A stretch of DNA of 64,000 bases from the NCBI RefSeq assembly GCF_009914755.1, contig NC_060942.1; one strand, 5' to 3'. The notes beneath the pieces are model-generated. The model saw nothing but the letters and a program-made list of their open reading frames with translations, was not told the origin of the DNA and did no database searches. The DNA is from the human T2T-CHM13v2.0 reference genome, Homo sapiens. Positions 28,596-42,420 of the stretch are shown here, one piece after another. The stretch's first letter is position 1, and the number at the start of each line of letters is the position of its first letter. The position numbers and the translations under genes are program-made.

Positions 28596-29821
28596 AGAGG
28601 GCTGCGCAAGTTGATCTTTGCACACCCGGAGACCCGGTGACTCTTTATCAGCGGAATGAGTAAGACACACACACAGCCCCCAGAGCTCCCGGTCTGCTGC
28701 GGGAAGCTTATTAACGCTGATAATAGATGAGGCTGACTTACAGACCCACATTTTTCGGGTAAAAGGCTGGTTCCCTCTGGTCCCTAATTGCGGGGGTCCA
28801 CTGGCTTTCCTCACCACACACATAAACTGCTGCTTTTAAATACCCCACTCGGCTGCCATTTAACAAACTTATTCATACAAAGTTTCGTTAAAACTTGAGG
28901 CGGTTTAATCTAAATACTGATCGTAACTATTCAGTCTGTTAGTTCTCCCTGGAAATGGCAGCGGAGGCGCCTCCCCCCACCTCCCGCCCAACCACACACA
29001 CCCCACCGCATTCTTCCTTCATACACCCGGGTTCATCTCGCCACCGAGGCCTCCCCCACCCGCACCCGGCGGGGCGCAGCTCCGAGGAGTCCCTGCCCAC
29101 CCCTCTCCGAGTCGGTGCCAGACCCTCGCCCCCACCCCCACCCCCGCCCGAACTTCCCTTCCAGGACCTCTCACTTCTTTAACGTTAGGGTCACTTAGAA
29201 GCTCCCAGCAGACTGGCAAGCAGCCGGGGAGGGGGCCGTAAAAAACAAGGCCACCCCCACCTCCACGCAAACACGTCCCCTAGGCAGCAGCGCGCGGTGC
29301 CCACAGGCATCGATCCCATCCGCCAAACCCTTAATAATTGAAGCGGCTCCTCGGGCCCGCAGCCCCATCACCCACCTTCATTAGCCGGAGCGTTTTACTT
29401 TAAAGTAAGGCAATTTGCTCTTTGTCTCCTAATGGATGGAGAGCGCATCCGAGCTCCCCTCCTCCCGCGTCGCCTTTGACAAAGTGTACAAAGCCAGAGC
29501 CTCTTCCGCGCTCCCACCCCGGCCCCCACCCCGCCCCTCCACTGCGGTAAAAACCACCTCCCGGGCGCTCGCCCCGCCGCCCGAAGTTGCATCTTCCCCT
29601 ATCCTGGAATTGACGAGCAGAGCAACTACCCACCGGGAAAGCCAAGTAGCCCTCCCCGCGCCCGGGGGGCCCCTCCCCGGCGCACCCCCCTCCCCAGCGC
29701 CTCCCCCCCTACCCCCAGCGGCGCACACCAGAGTACGGGGCACGTCGGGGCTCCGGGCCCCGCGCCCACCGCCCGCCCGCGGCCCCTGCGGCGCAGCCCT
29801 CCCCCCGCCCGCGGCCCCTAC

Positions 29822-29920
29822 CTTGGCAGGGAGGCGGCGGGCCTGGGGAGGAGGACGCGCACGCCCCGCGCATCTGAAGGTGAAGCCGAGCGCCCGCGGC
29901 GCGGAGCCGAGCGCTGCACT
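29822..29920 (-). other. ZNF516: ZNF516 non-coding exon 1 (5'UTR); intron 1 extends past window position 1
   Basis: Minus strand reads AGTGCAGCGCTCGG...CCTGCCAAG|GTAGGG (donor at 29821) in the core of the CpG island. Gene identity is inferred from the neighbouring C18orf65-like ORF and the LINC00908/ASRPS start at the spacing I recall. No ZNF516 coding sequence lies in the window. Confidence 0.75.
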
Positions 29921-30250
29921 AGACCGACCGCGCCAGCTGCGCCCGGGCGCGGGGGACGCGCGAGGGCGCGCGGGGCCCGCCACGCGCCCGGCCCCCTCCT
30001 CGCGCCGCCCGCGCGCGCCCCGGACGCGTCCGCCCCGCGGGGGCCCCGGCGCGAGCCGGGCTCGGGGGGCTGCGCGGCACGGGGAGGGGGCCGGGCGCTC
30101 ACGGCCCGGCGCAGGCCGGAGGCTTCCCCCAGCCTGGAAATGGTCTGCCCTGTAGGAAACGCACACTCCACTATTGTCTCATCAGCACAAAGTTCTGCCA
30201 CACTGAGGGGACAGTCTGGAGGCTTGCAGTGACTCAGACACAGCCAATTC
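29921..30250. promoter_or_regulatory. Bidirectional promoter ZNF516 / ZNF516-DT
   Basis: TATA-less GC-rich spacer of ~280 bp between head-to-head exons; GCGC repeats, AP-1 TGACTCA at 30230-30236, CCAAT at 30244. Confidence 0.7.
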
Positions 30251-30386
30251 CTCCCCTAATAGCACTGAATCACGGTTCCAGCGGCCAGTGGTCGCCTCTC
30301 GTCAAGGTCTAAGGCTGCTGCAGCCCCGGCTCCCGGAGGCCGTTTCCGCGCGCACACGCGCATCCATACGTACAGACGTGCTCGGG

Positions 30387-30464
30387 ATGCGGGTCCCGCC
30401 GGCGGGTACCTGGGCACTGCGCCCCATCTGGACTGAAATGGGGACACCCCTTCGGGGGTCCCAG
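30387..30464 (+). CDS. C18orf65: Putative C18orf65 ORF, exon 1 (26 codons, MRVPPAGTWALRPIWTEMGTPLRGSQ)
   Basis: First ATG downstream of ~30199; 78 nt to a phase-0 donor; joins the next exon in frame. Translation unproven. Confidence 0.45.
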
Positions 30465-30956
30465 GTGCGTGTGCATTACACACGGCGTAGCGTGTGCGTG
30501 TCACTCAACTTCCTGGTAAATGCCTCTGGGGGTGTTCAGATGCAGGATCAATACATTAAGTCCTGAATCAAGGGTCACAGAGGTCCCGCTGGAAAGACTT
30601 CAAACAGCGGCTCTGCCACCCGGCCATTTAAAAATGAAGGGGTTGTTTACCGGTAGCCTCGAAAGTTCAACTCTTATTTTTCTGTTCTTAAAACTTCATT
30701 TCTTCACCTCACCTACTCCCCACGAGCAGTAGTTAGTTGTAATAAGTTGAGTCTGGGACTAGAAATCCTAATTTGACTCCAAAACGCTCTCCTGTTACAG
30801 GGCAGGGATGGCCGGGGTGGGGGAGGGGAGGGCGGGCGCGCGGGGGCGGGGGAGGGGCGGGTCGGAGCTAGCGAGGGCGAGCGCCCCTTCACGGCCGGTG
30901 ACGTAGACCCGGGGAGCTGCGGCCTGCGGAGGGGTAACACTATCTTCTCCCACCAG

Positions 30957-31370
30957 GCTCCTGGCCGTATTGTTCTCCTTCTCCTCGTGATAACTCCGCA
31001 GTGGAGGTGGATTCCGTCCAAGACGCCCAACGTGGCTCCGCGTAGCAATCAGCGCTGCAATCCTGGCGGTTACCTCAGCGGCGGCGTCTCTCTCTGCGCC
31101 TCACACTCGCAGCCCGCGGCCCTCCCCAACTTAGGGCGTTTACAAAAGAAACTACTCCAGACGCGCTGCAAAGGGAGGCGCATGTGCCCGAAAGCTGGCG
31201 ATCAGACGGGGGGGGCATTCTGCATGTGTGATGTTTCTGGGGGCGGTGGGGAGTGTGTGTCGGGGTCGGGGGGCGGGGGGGAGTCAGGCAGAAAGACAGG
31301 GACAACCTCCGCTATGAAGGATCCGCGAGTCCTCAAATGTAAGCTCCGTGTGACTAACGACCTGCACTGA
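30957..31370 (+). CDS. C18orf65: Putative C18orf65 ORF, exon 2 (137 codons, APGRIVLLLLVITPQW...VTNDLH*)
   Basis: Acceptor is in frame with ORF-track 30987..31370; 26+137=163 aa, the length I recall for the putative C18orf65 protein. Confidence 0.45.
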   Translation, partial: APGRIVLLLLVITPQWRWIPSKTPNVAPRSNQRCNPGGYLSGGVSLCASHSQPAALPNLGRLQKKLLQTRCKGRRMCPKAGDQTGGAFCMCDVSGGGGECVSGSGGGGESGRKTGTTSAMKDPRVLKCKLRVTNDLH

Positions 31371-32414
31371 TTTGGAGAGCGGGCATGTTAAAGGTCACGG
31401 ACAATTGTTGCTGGCTTCAGCATGAATGCCTAAGTGGGATGTATTCTTCAGCAATCACGTTTAAGTCTGATTCACCGAAAAGTATTGACGTGCCCACCAT
31501 TCATTTCAGTACACTGTGAAAATGCACAAAGAAAGTATCCCCAAATTCAGTTAATTACAAAGCCGTAAATGTCCTTGTATACACATATTATTACATACAT
31601 GTAGGTAACAACAAAGATTAAAATTTGAAGACACTTTAATAGCTTTTTGGTAGGATTTTGGAATGAATATCAGTCCTGTAAACCTACGTTCATCTGCATT
31701 CTTGGGTCTATTTTAAAGTACAGACTTGCGCTAACAATTTCCATGTGTTGAAAATGGACAAGGTAGATCATTGAATGGTGATCAAGACTTCCAAACCCCT
31801 CCACATAAAACTGTTCATGACTTGCTTCCTTTTTCTAGCCGGTTTAGGGCCCTGTCTTAAGTCACCCACATGTGATTTCACTCAGGGCATTGTCTGTCTA
31901 CAATAATATTGTGCTTTTAAACCATTTCCTTTCTTACACGTTTATCTACAGTGCATGCGAAATCTGAGAGCGTAATTTGATGGATGGGCAAAGAGTTAAG
32001 TCCTGGTGTCTGGTGTGGCAGACCTAGAAAATGGCAGCTGGAGGGCCAGCATCATTTTGTTACTGACAATTGAAACGTGTTCACATTGATTGTACACAAG
32101 TCACTGGTGGTTGTTCATTTGTCAATGCACTATTCCTAGCTCACTCCACACACACAAAAAAGGTATAAAAATCAAATGTTTAATACAAGTTTCCATACTA
32201 TTCCTGTAACCATATTTAGCATTGCCAACATTTCAACTGTTTTAATAGCTTCAAACACTTAAAGTAACCATTAGGGATTAAGGGCACCGTTTGCCCCTGG
32301 AATGGCCCAGGAGAGCTTCTCCTATTTTGAAAGGTTTACGTAAATTATAGTATTTGGATGGAGCAAAGTCAGCAGTATTAATGGTTGAATATTAATGGTT
32401 GATTTTGGCTACTT

Positions 32415-32705
32415 GTTTTATTTTAGTGATATGTGATATTTTACACATGTATGGGGTACGTGTATTTGTTACAAGCGTAGAATGTGTAATGATCAAGTCG
32501 GGGCACTTAGGGTACTCATCAGCTGGGGTATTTATTGTTTCTATGCGTTGGGAACATTTCAAGTTCTGTCTTCTATCTATTTTGAAATACACAATCCATT
32601 GTTATTAACTGTAGTCACTGTAGTCTGCTATCAAATATTAGAACTACTCCTTCTATCTAACTGTATGTTTGTACCCATTCACTAACTTCATTCCCCCCCA
32701 CCCTC
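32415..32705 (-). mobile_element. L1MA 3' end fragment in the ZNF516-DT last exon
   Basis: TTTTGAAATACACAAT...GTTATTAACTGTAGTCAC...TCTAACTGTATGTTTGTACCCATT. Confidence 0.85.
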
Positions 32706-35085
32706 TATTTATAATTTTATAACAGACAATAATTTTGGTTAATGAAATAAATGGGGGAAAGAAAGCATTTTCCCTTGCTATTGTCTAATGAATTATCCGT
32801 TCAGCCTTTGGGACTCCACCCCTTTCAACGTGTGATGAAATGGTGTTCAATGGTTATGGAGTGATTGAGGACGTTTAGATTAGAAACATTCTCGAGGACT
32901 TCCATTAAAAAGATAGCTCAGAGTAAAAACCAAAAAGAACTCCGCCCCCCACAAAAAAAAAGGCCTCCAGTGCCTGAAAGCTAGAAGTGAAACTGTCTAT
33001 ACTATAGCATAAAATTGAAGACAAACTAAAAAATACATATTAAATATTCATGCTCAAAAATTTAAGTGCTCTGATTAGACAGTTGGGTGTGCTACTCATT
33101 AGTAAATAATATTAACCCTATCTTTGTGTAAATTTATTAGGATTGTCTATATCTGAAAAAGAAGAATTATATTATGCAATTAAGTCAAGGAGTAATCTTT
33201 TGTTTTCTGAACTAACTTAAATTTAGAGATTTCAGAGTGGATTAGGGATAAATTTGATTTAAATTATCAAGTATTCCTAGGTAAAGACTGTTTTAGGAGT
33301 ACAGCTGTGCATTCCCTTTGTACTGTTTGGAATAGGTAACTATTTTGTGTATAAATGGAAATTGGCTATTTATTTAATCACTGATGGTTTCAAAAATATT
33401 ACACCAATCCTAACGTGTTGGTTTTTTTTTTTTTCCTAAAATCTTTCCTTTTCATGGAACTAAAAAATTCAGAGAATACACTGTATTTGAATATGGAGGA
33501 GGGAAGAAACAGTCCTTCAGCAAGGGTGTATCGATATGGAATTTAACAGGATAATCCCCTTCGTGGATGGTGTGGCAAAATTATGATTATATTTTAAATA
33601 GAGTCTTCTATGAAGTGGTTTCAGACTGCTTAAATCTAAAGTTAACAGAATATTTTAAATCTTAATTTAGGAAACTATCTCAGTTATCGTACACATTTCT
33701 TACAAACACACACACACACAAAAGAAATCACTTCTAATGTGATCTACACCCAGAGTCTCCCGTGTTTACACTAAGATGGCTTCTTACCGAGCTTTCTCTT
33801 GTGGGGTCTTTTATTTGAGGTCAAACTGACAGTGATTTAGGTTTAATCATGGTTGAGACGTGCACGTTGCTTGAAACACTTTTGTGAAAATTTGTTCCTC
33901 CCTCTTCTGTATTCAAGTCAAAGGATGCCTTCAACAGGTAGTATGCCTGAATTTTTAGTTTGCTGAATAATCCACAAAGCATCGCCTCAAGATTGGACGC
34001 AAAATGCACCCGTGTGTGTGGGACAGAGAACGCCTTACTCATTTTCCCAGTAGCAGAAATCTTAAGAACTTTCCCACGGAACCAGCATTGTTAACAATCT
34101 GTCCTTGTTTTCCACACAGAAAAAAGAAAAAAAAAAAAAAACCTTGCTGACCCATACACTATTGTTATTGCAACACAGATTTTCCTCTTACTGATTTTTG
34201 TGCATATATTTTGAATAATGATAAAGACGACATTAACAAATAACAATCTTGGATCACAGAGTTAGGGTATTTTTGCAATGGAGGAGAAAGCATTGTAGAA
34301 AACGTACTAGCAGTTCAAGCAACTGCAGTCACATTTTCTCACGATTTGCAGTTTTTGGTAACTCCATCAGGACTTCACAGCAGGTAGACGACCCTCAAAT
34401 CTGTTCTTAATTTCAACTTAAGTAAAAGACTCTCAGCAACAGCTGGCTTCACAATTGCTGATACAGAATTCCACAGATGTGGTTGAGAACGGTTTGAAGA
34501 ATAAAAGGAACTAGGCCACAGACCAGAATTCATTTAAGGAAAGACAAATTCAATAAAGATTCCTCTTTTGAAAGATTGCCCGTGTTAAGGAAGAAAGGGA
34601 CTTGTTTTTCTTATTACCTTTTCTTATAATCCTACAGTATGTTAATTACTTAACAGATAGGTTGTGACCTATTAACACCACACTTTCTTACAACAGCAAA
34701 ACCATTGACTTTCTCTGCCCCCAAAGCTCATTATGGCTCACCATGCATAACTGATTACATGTGCATGTTTATGCAAACTTTTCTAACGGAACTGAAAATG
34801 AAATAAGGGAACCAGCAATATCTCCTTCACTGTGGGTAGGCTAGGTACACTTGTAATGAAACTAAGTAGGGAAGACCTTTGCGTGAGATCTCATTTGACA
34901 CATACATGATACAGTTCGAAGGAAAGCCGCCTTGGCATTCAGGGGGTTCGCTGGTGTAAGAAACAGAACCGTAAGAAAAGAAGTGGTCAGCATATGAATG
35001 AGTTGTCATAATTAAGGAATAAAGACATTTTGCTGATGGAGAGGCCAGCCACAGTTTTGGCGGGGGTGGGTGAGGGACTTTTTAA

Positions 35086-35353
<268 letters not shown>

Positions 35354-35452
35354 TAGCATGTAGCTAGGTACAATTTTGCCAGTCTTAAAGACACATAGAT
35401 TGTACATGCAGGAGAGAACTTTTAGAAAAAACTGATTAATAGAGTGACTATA

Positions 35453-35783
<331 letters not shown>

Positions 35784-35999
35784 TCACCAAAAACAATTCT
35801 CAAGAATTTTTCTTCTGTTACCTAAAATGATTGATTTCCTTATTTGGCTGTCTTTGTCTTTTCTCACCTTGTAAGCTTCAAAAGAAATATGACAGAAAGA
35901 CTTACCTCCTTCCCAAATGGAAACCGTAACAACATGAAGCCACCCTATGGCCAAATTGGTGTTAAATTCTTTCTGGTTAGTATTTTCAGAGCTTATTTA

Positions 36000-36358
<359 letters not shown>

Positions 36359-37004
36359 AAGGAGAAAAGATGTAACGCCCAGGCATACTAAAAATCAGAA
36401 AACTAAACTTGCAGTCAATATAAAGAAACAGAGTGGTTGACACGTCAGGCACTTGAGGTGGGTTCATGAACGTGGCCGAGCACTAAGGCACCCCCAAGCT
36501 TCCTGGCCCCAAGGAAAAACCTTCATTAAGAGAATTTATCTTTCTGGGGACTGAACTAGGACAGGTGTGGATCTCTGGGCATGACTGAAGCATTCCATTT
36601 TAGAATAGACAGAGGTGTTTTGGTGTGCTCCAAACAGATGTTAAACCAATGGCATTAAGTTAAACTTGGGGAATCAAAATGAAATTTTTGTAAAGAGACA
36701 AATAGTTTGATCACGCTAATTGAGTGAGTAAATTGTATAAATTCTCACACTTTTGTGCACTTTTGTTTTTCATGGCAGCCTTATGGTAAATGGCAAAAGG
36801 AAAATGTGGGGAAGTGATACGAGATGGCTAAAACATTTTATACACTGAAAATCTAAAAGAAATTTCAGGCAAGGAGTCATCATTTAAAAAATGACAAAAG
36901 TTTAAGAAACTTCTAAATCTTAATTTTTCATATCTGTGCATTTACTTATTTATTCCACATTTACTCTGTAAGGCAGGCACTAGATCAAGTGCTCATTTTA
37001 AAAG

Positions 37005-37200
37005 CAGTATGTATTACATGCTTATTATGTAGGGAATCTTCCTAAGAGCTTACATTTTATGTCACTTAATATATCACAATAACCCATGAGGTAGGTGCCA
37101 CTATTGTCCCATTTGGCAGATGCTGAAGGAGAGGCCCAGAGTTCACAGTCCCGCCCGTCTCTCAGAGTTGGCGAATGTCAGCCATGGATTTAGAAATAGC
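37005..37200 (-). mobile_element. MIR
   Basis: TCACAATAACCCATGAGGTAGG...ATTGTCCCATTTGGCAGATG...GAGGCCCAGAG. Confidence 0.8.
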
Positions 37201-40200
37201 CTCGACCATGACGCCAACCCATACATCCACCTACATTGAGCTGTACGCAGCTGAAACACGACAGCCCTGGCTATTTTAAAGATAATTTTATAGACGGACA
37301 GGGCCAAATATGTGTCTTCTCACAATATGTTTAGGAACTTGTCACACACTCTCATGTCCAGTTCTCGTTCTGCTTATTGGTCATTTGCGCTTGTGTAAGC
37401 TATGCAACTTCTGGTTCTGTTTACGTCATCATGCACTTTGGCATTTGCCGCTTATCACAAAGTGTTGTTAGTCTTCCACATACCTAATATGTGCTACATA
37501 TTTGTGCAAGAATACCTACTAACTAGCTGGTGGAGACAGAATCTCCATGCAAATGTTTCATTTGGTTTCTCAAAGGAGTTGAGCTGGCTTTAAAAAATAT
37601 ATAAAATACAAAGAAAAGCTTCAGCAGTGGGAAGAATGAGGTCAGGAATAATAAGAGTGGAAAAACAGAAAAATCAGGATCAATTTCAGCTCAACCAGTC
37701 TTAACACCAGCACACGTGGATACATGTCTAGTCATCCTTTGAACTGTCAGAAGCAGCAGAATGTTCCCCTGAGCTTCCTAGTACCCAAAGCAAAGACAAA
37801 AGCACTATGTTTACAAGATTTGTGCTGTCTGTGAAATGAGAGTGTAACGGACTCTGTTCACAATGACACTGTCACCAAATAAATTCTGACAGTGTGCCGC
37901 ATAAGGATTTGGAGACAAAAACTATCAACCCATAATTGAATGAGAATTTATAGCAATTACTTTATCTGCAAAGTGGGAATCACACAGTTATTTTTAATGA
38001 GAAAAATTTAAATGTGAAAATCACTTAAAACTGTTTTCGTACTATACTAGTATGAGCAAATGTAAGTTATTTTCTTAATAGCACAGGCCCCCTCCTCAAA
38101 TAGCAGTTGATATCATCAATATTATAAAACTATATGTTAATTTAAGATGTTTTAAAATATCTGAAGGCATAAAAAGTTATCTCTAATTGTGCTAATACTC
38201 TTGAACTGGAAGTCATTTCTAGAACCATTCCTTTCTCCCGCGGATTTTTAAATTGTGTTTGTTTTCAGAGTGTCCTTGGTATGGCCATGCCTAGCAGAAT
38301 CTGAGATTCACACCTCAAAGTGTGAATGTTTACAAACTGTTTTCACTCAAGACCCAGTCATGCTCTTCCCCTGTGACTGCAGCCTGCCTCTTCCTCCCAA
38401 GGCGCCCTGTCTACTGCGAGGCAGGGCCCTGTAGGGCAGTGCTTGGGTTTCAACAGACAGACATGAGCCCAGAGGCTTCCTGGCAGGGAACTTGTCAGCA
38501 CTTTGCTTTTCCCCCGTTAAATTCCAAAGCTAACCAGCCCTGCGCCTCTGGAAGAGAGAGGGAGGCCTCCGGACAGGCTCCTTGGTGTGCAGAAACTTCT
38601 GGGGTGTGGACTTCAAGGCATCTGAGTGAGATGCAGCGTGTGCAGGACCTGGACGGGCACTCTCGCTTCTTTATTTCCTACAGCTTAAGCCCTTTGGCTT
38701 CTAGAAAGCCTTTCTTTAAAATAAATACAGAAAAGATGTGTTACACTGTGAGTTACAATACAATACAATCATCCATTAAGTACCAAACTCTGTTCAAACA
38801 AAGTTCATGGATGGACTGACAAATTTACAAAAGCAAGGAAATCCAAAGAGGAGGGGCTGCCACTCGCCCCGGGGTCTCCCTGTAGCGCTGGGCAGGCTGT
38901 TTGTGAAAGTGGGCCAACAGAAAGAGCTGCGGGACGGTTGTTTTTCTTCTTCCCTCTCGTTCGCTTCTGAGTTCTATTACCTCAGTAAATTCAGGGTATT
39001 AGTAAAAGTGAAAAGGAATCCTTAAGCACAGCCAATTTTCTATATGTTTCTTTATTTCCAGAAAATCAATTACCCCATCCTTACACAGTGGGAAAAGCAA
39101 TACTCCACCGCCCCACCCCTCCCCCACATCTCAATTTTTTTTTTTTTTGAACTTGCAATTGAGCTTATCCGGTTTTTTATATTGGGGCTTCACCTCAATG
39201 GAGCAGAGAAGAAATATTAGGCAAACTAATAATAAACTTCTATAACAAAATTCTAGGTCTTGTATTCTTTAGGAAACCTTCTTTGATAATACGATTTTAC
39301 TAATATTTCCACTTGTAGAAAACATTTCTTTGGAGTAATACAAAAACGTCTAATAAAAAGGCCATATTTGTGCAGTATTATATAGACAACTGCTAAACTC
39401 TTCTCACCTTTTCAATGCTAGGAAATTTCATCTTATTTTTAAATACAATAGTGCGCACACATACTCCTATATTAAAAACTTTGATGAAACTTTGTTTCAA
39501 ATTACCAATGCCACAAAAAGAATTTCAAAAACTGAAGTTGGTTTTTTAAGGACCTATAACAATATTATTTTCGTTTTATATAATGTCCTTCTCTCCCACC
39601 ATGAGACGTTATTGTGCAATATTACGTCACCCTTTCTTGTCCAGTTTTGGACAAGAAACTGCAATTTTGCAGAGCAGTTAATAGTGCAAATATCCTATTC
39701 ATTTCAGTACCTCTTTGCTCTTGATGAACCTAGGCAGAGAATAAAGCTAACACCGCTCATCCATCTAAGGGGATTGGAAAAAGCCTGGTTATCTAGCATG
39801 CTAAGCAAAAATATAGAAACCAAGTAAAAAACAAATTCTGATTGAAAATGTTTAAAATACAGCACCAAAAAGTGATTTCCAAAGTGTGATGTCTGTCCAC
39901 ATAAGGACAGTTATACATCTACACAATTGTTTCTCTCTTTCGTGTATGAAGGTGCCCATTTTCAAAGATAACATGTAGACGGTGCCATAAATATGAAGAT
40001 GGGAACAATAAATTATCCACGATTATTTACAAGACAAAAAAAACAATAAAACTGCATTAATTTTTGAAAGGTCTAATCTTCCAGCGACCGGAGTGGTGGT
40101 GTTTGTATGAGTTTATGTGTCCTCATACCCGCTGTGCAGAACAGGTGACCACAATATTCCTTTTGAAATAGGAAAGGAGGGTCTATTTTATGGACTTATA

Positions 40201-40884
40201 ATAATCACATGTGCTATTTTGAAGTGTTTTCTCATTTATTCTCTTTAACTGCTCACAACAGCAAAACAGAGTGGCTCAGAATTTTTCACACCATTTACAA
40301 GTTTAAAACTCATGGCAAAGTTGTTCTGTTTCTTACATGTCACAGTCAATTGGTTTTGAATGGTTTTGAATCCATACATGTTTTTAAAAATTATGTGTCT
40401 CAGAATATAGTTCTTAAAATCTATCTTCCCCCTCCATGTACTATAAGGAGCTTTCCTGCAGGCTTTATGAGTTTCACCCTGCTGTATGATGAAATCAAGG
40501 CAGAACAATGTCTTGAGCAATGATGTATAATTTCTAAATCCCCTGATATAATGGACACTGAGAAATTTTAATAAGAATGATGATTCTCTAACCAAGATTT
40601 TCTTGTGAAGCGTATCAGTGATAAACTGCAAATCTGTGACAATTCCTGGATGGACTCAGCTTAATCGACCAATGTCAACTGCATGCATGATTATAACTTT
40701 AGCAGTTTCCAAACAATGAATCATGTTAAACAATATTTAAGAGGCTAAAGGAACACAAGGAACATTGTGCGTAGTGCCAGTAAAACCACCAGTCATAGAG
40801 CCTAAAGTGTTAATTTTGACATGGTCATGGCACTTGGCATTATCACAATGATAACATTAGACACATAAGATGAGCAGAGGACCA

Positions 40885-42420
40885 GTCGTTCATTCATTCA
40901 ACTGATACGAGTATTTGTTGAATTCAGATTCCCTGCGAGTCATGGTGCTAGGCCCGAGGCTTCCTCAGTGCAGACAGTGTCTCAGCCAGCAAGGAGGTTA
41001 CCAGGCCTGCACAGATTTTGTACTAGGCCAGGGGACTTTGCCAAGCATTGGATTTTGACTGGAACCCCAGGCACAGGTCCCACAGCGCTATGCCTGCCCC
41101 TGTCCTATTGGCTGAAATATCTACCATGGACCCTGTGGGTCACTCCTTCCTCCATCCTGCATGGTGTCCACTGTGCATGGCCAATGGCTGCAGGAATGTG
41201 GACTAAAGCCCCAGGCCGCAAAAGGAGGCGGCGAGATTGATCTAAGCCAATGCGGTTGTCCCAGCCCCGGACTCCCAGCCCCTGCCCTGCCAGCATTTGG
41301 AGTAGATACATCCATATGACGTAATTATGGCAAGGGGACAGCAGGGAAAGTTGGCTGGGGTGGGACAGGGGGCTTCTAGCAAGGAGTCTTCTTGTGGAGA
41401 AAAGGAATTCCACGTGGGGAAATGGTGACTGGCTAGTCCTGGGGCCAGTCACCGGGAGCAGCAGTAATGTGGGGGCAGGATGCCAGTGGCTGTGCCACCC
41501 CGGGGGAGAGGGGCGCCTAGGGAGCCAGCCAGGAGGCGGAGGGAAAAGAGGGGAGGAAAATGTGGTTGTGAAGCCACCAATGTCACCCAGCTTGGAGCAG
41601 AAAACCTCCACTGGACTTTAACGAATTTTCCTTATTGTTTTAGCCATTTTATTCATGGATTTCCATTTCTTTTCATTGAAAACAACCTAAACCTGTGCTG
41701 AAATGGTGGTTTGCTTTGCACTCTTCCTCACCAGTCTGTGAGCCCAGTGAGTGGCGGGGACGGTGCAGGCGGAGAGGGCAGTGTGCGATGGTGAGACGGA
41801 GCCAAGGTCAGATCACCGAGGGGCTGGGGCTGACATTGAAGAGGCAACACAGCCAGAAGCATGGCCAGCGGCCACAGATGGGCTCTGAACAAGAGAAGAC
41901 ACAGTCAGATGTCTTTTTAAAGATTGCTCTGTCCTTTGAAACAGGTATGTTGTAACAATTGCTTTCTCCTCTCACTGAGGAGAAGGGTATGGTGGCAGAG
42001 AGTCAGGAAGTCCCATAATCAACCTGCAGATCAAAATCCTGAGTTGTCTCACGGACAGGTGGAGAAAGGGGTGTCTCTGGAGGAGATTGGGGAGGCACAA
42101 GGAAGAGCTGCTGGGAATCGGGGACGTCGGGAGAGACATTCACCGGGACACCTGACTCTCACAGGCTTTTCCTCAAAGACCTTGGAAGACGTGGCCACGA
42201 GTGTCAGATGCCACCGAAGCGGCAGTTGGGGAGCTGACGGTGGCGCTTCTGTTCAATTCACCAACAAGGACATGGCAGAGGCTGCAGGCAAGTAGCTTCA
42301 AGGGGCAAACAGAGCAGTCACCAGAGCCCTGCCACGGAGAAAGCGGGTGGTGGCGTCAGTGGACTCTCAGAGCTATACTTCCAAGGGTCTTGGGATGATG
42401 GACTTCTGTCTTCTATTATG
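40885..42420. mobile_element. Degenerate L2 fragments with a possible old LTR insert (~41000-41620)
   Basis: L2 tail-like CATTCATTCAAC...GTATTTGTTGAA and purine-rich L2-like segments; family assignment uncertain. Confidence 0.4.

Larger units (their letters stand above)
25460..31330. promoter_or_regulatory. Large CpG island / multi-promoter region
   Basis: Very high GC and CpG density (densest 25850-26500 and 29450-30130), many GGGCGG boxes and G-runs, against a CpG-depleted background. Confidence 0.95.
30199..32767 (+). ncRNA. ZNF516-DT: Divergent transcript ZNF516-DT (C18orf65); intron 30465-30956
   Basis: Donor CAG|GTGCGT at 30464/30465; branch-like GGTAAC, pyrimidine tract and CAG acceptor ending 30956; AATAAA at 32746-32751. 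Transcript ends approximate. Confidence 0.75.

Noticed and set aside
25465-30201. Long overlapping ORFs (up to 245 aa) on both strands of the CpG island
   Set aside because: Pro/Gly/Arg/Ala-rich products of stop-poor GC-rich DNA, open in several frames at once, with no recognisable domain.
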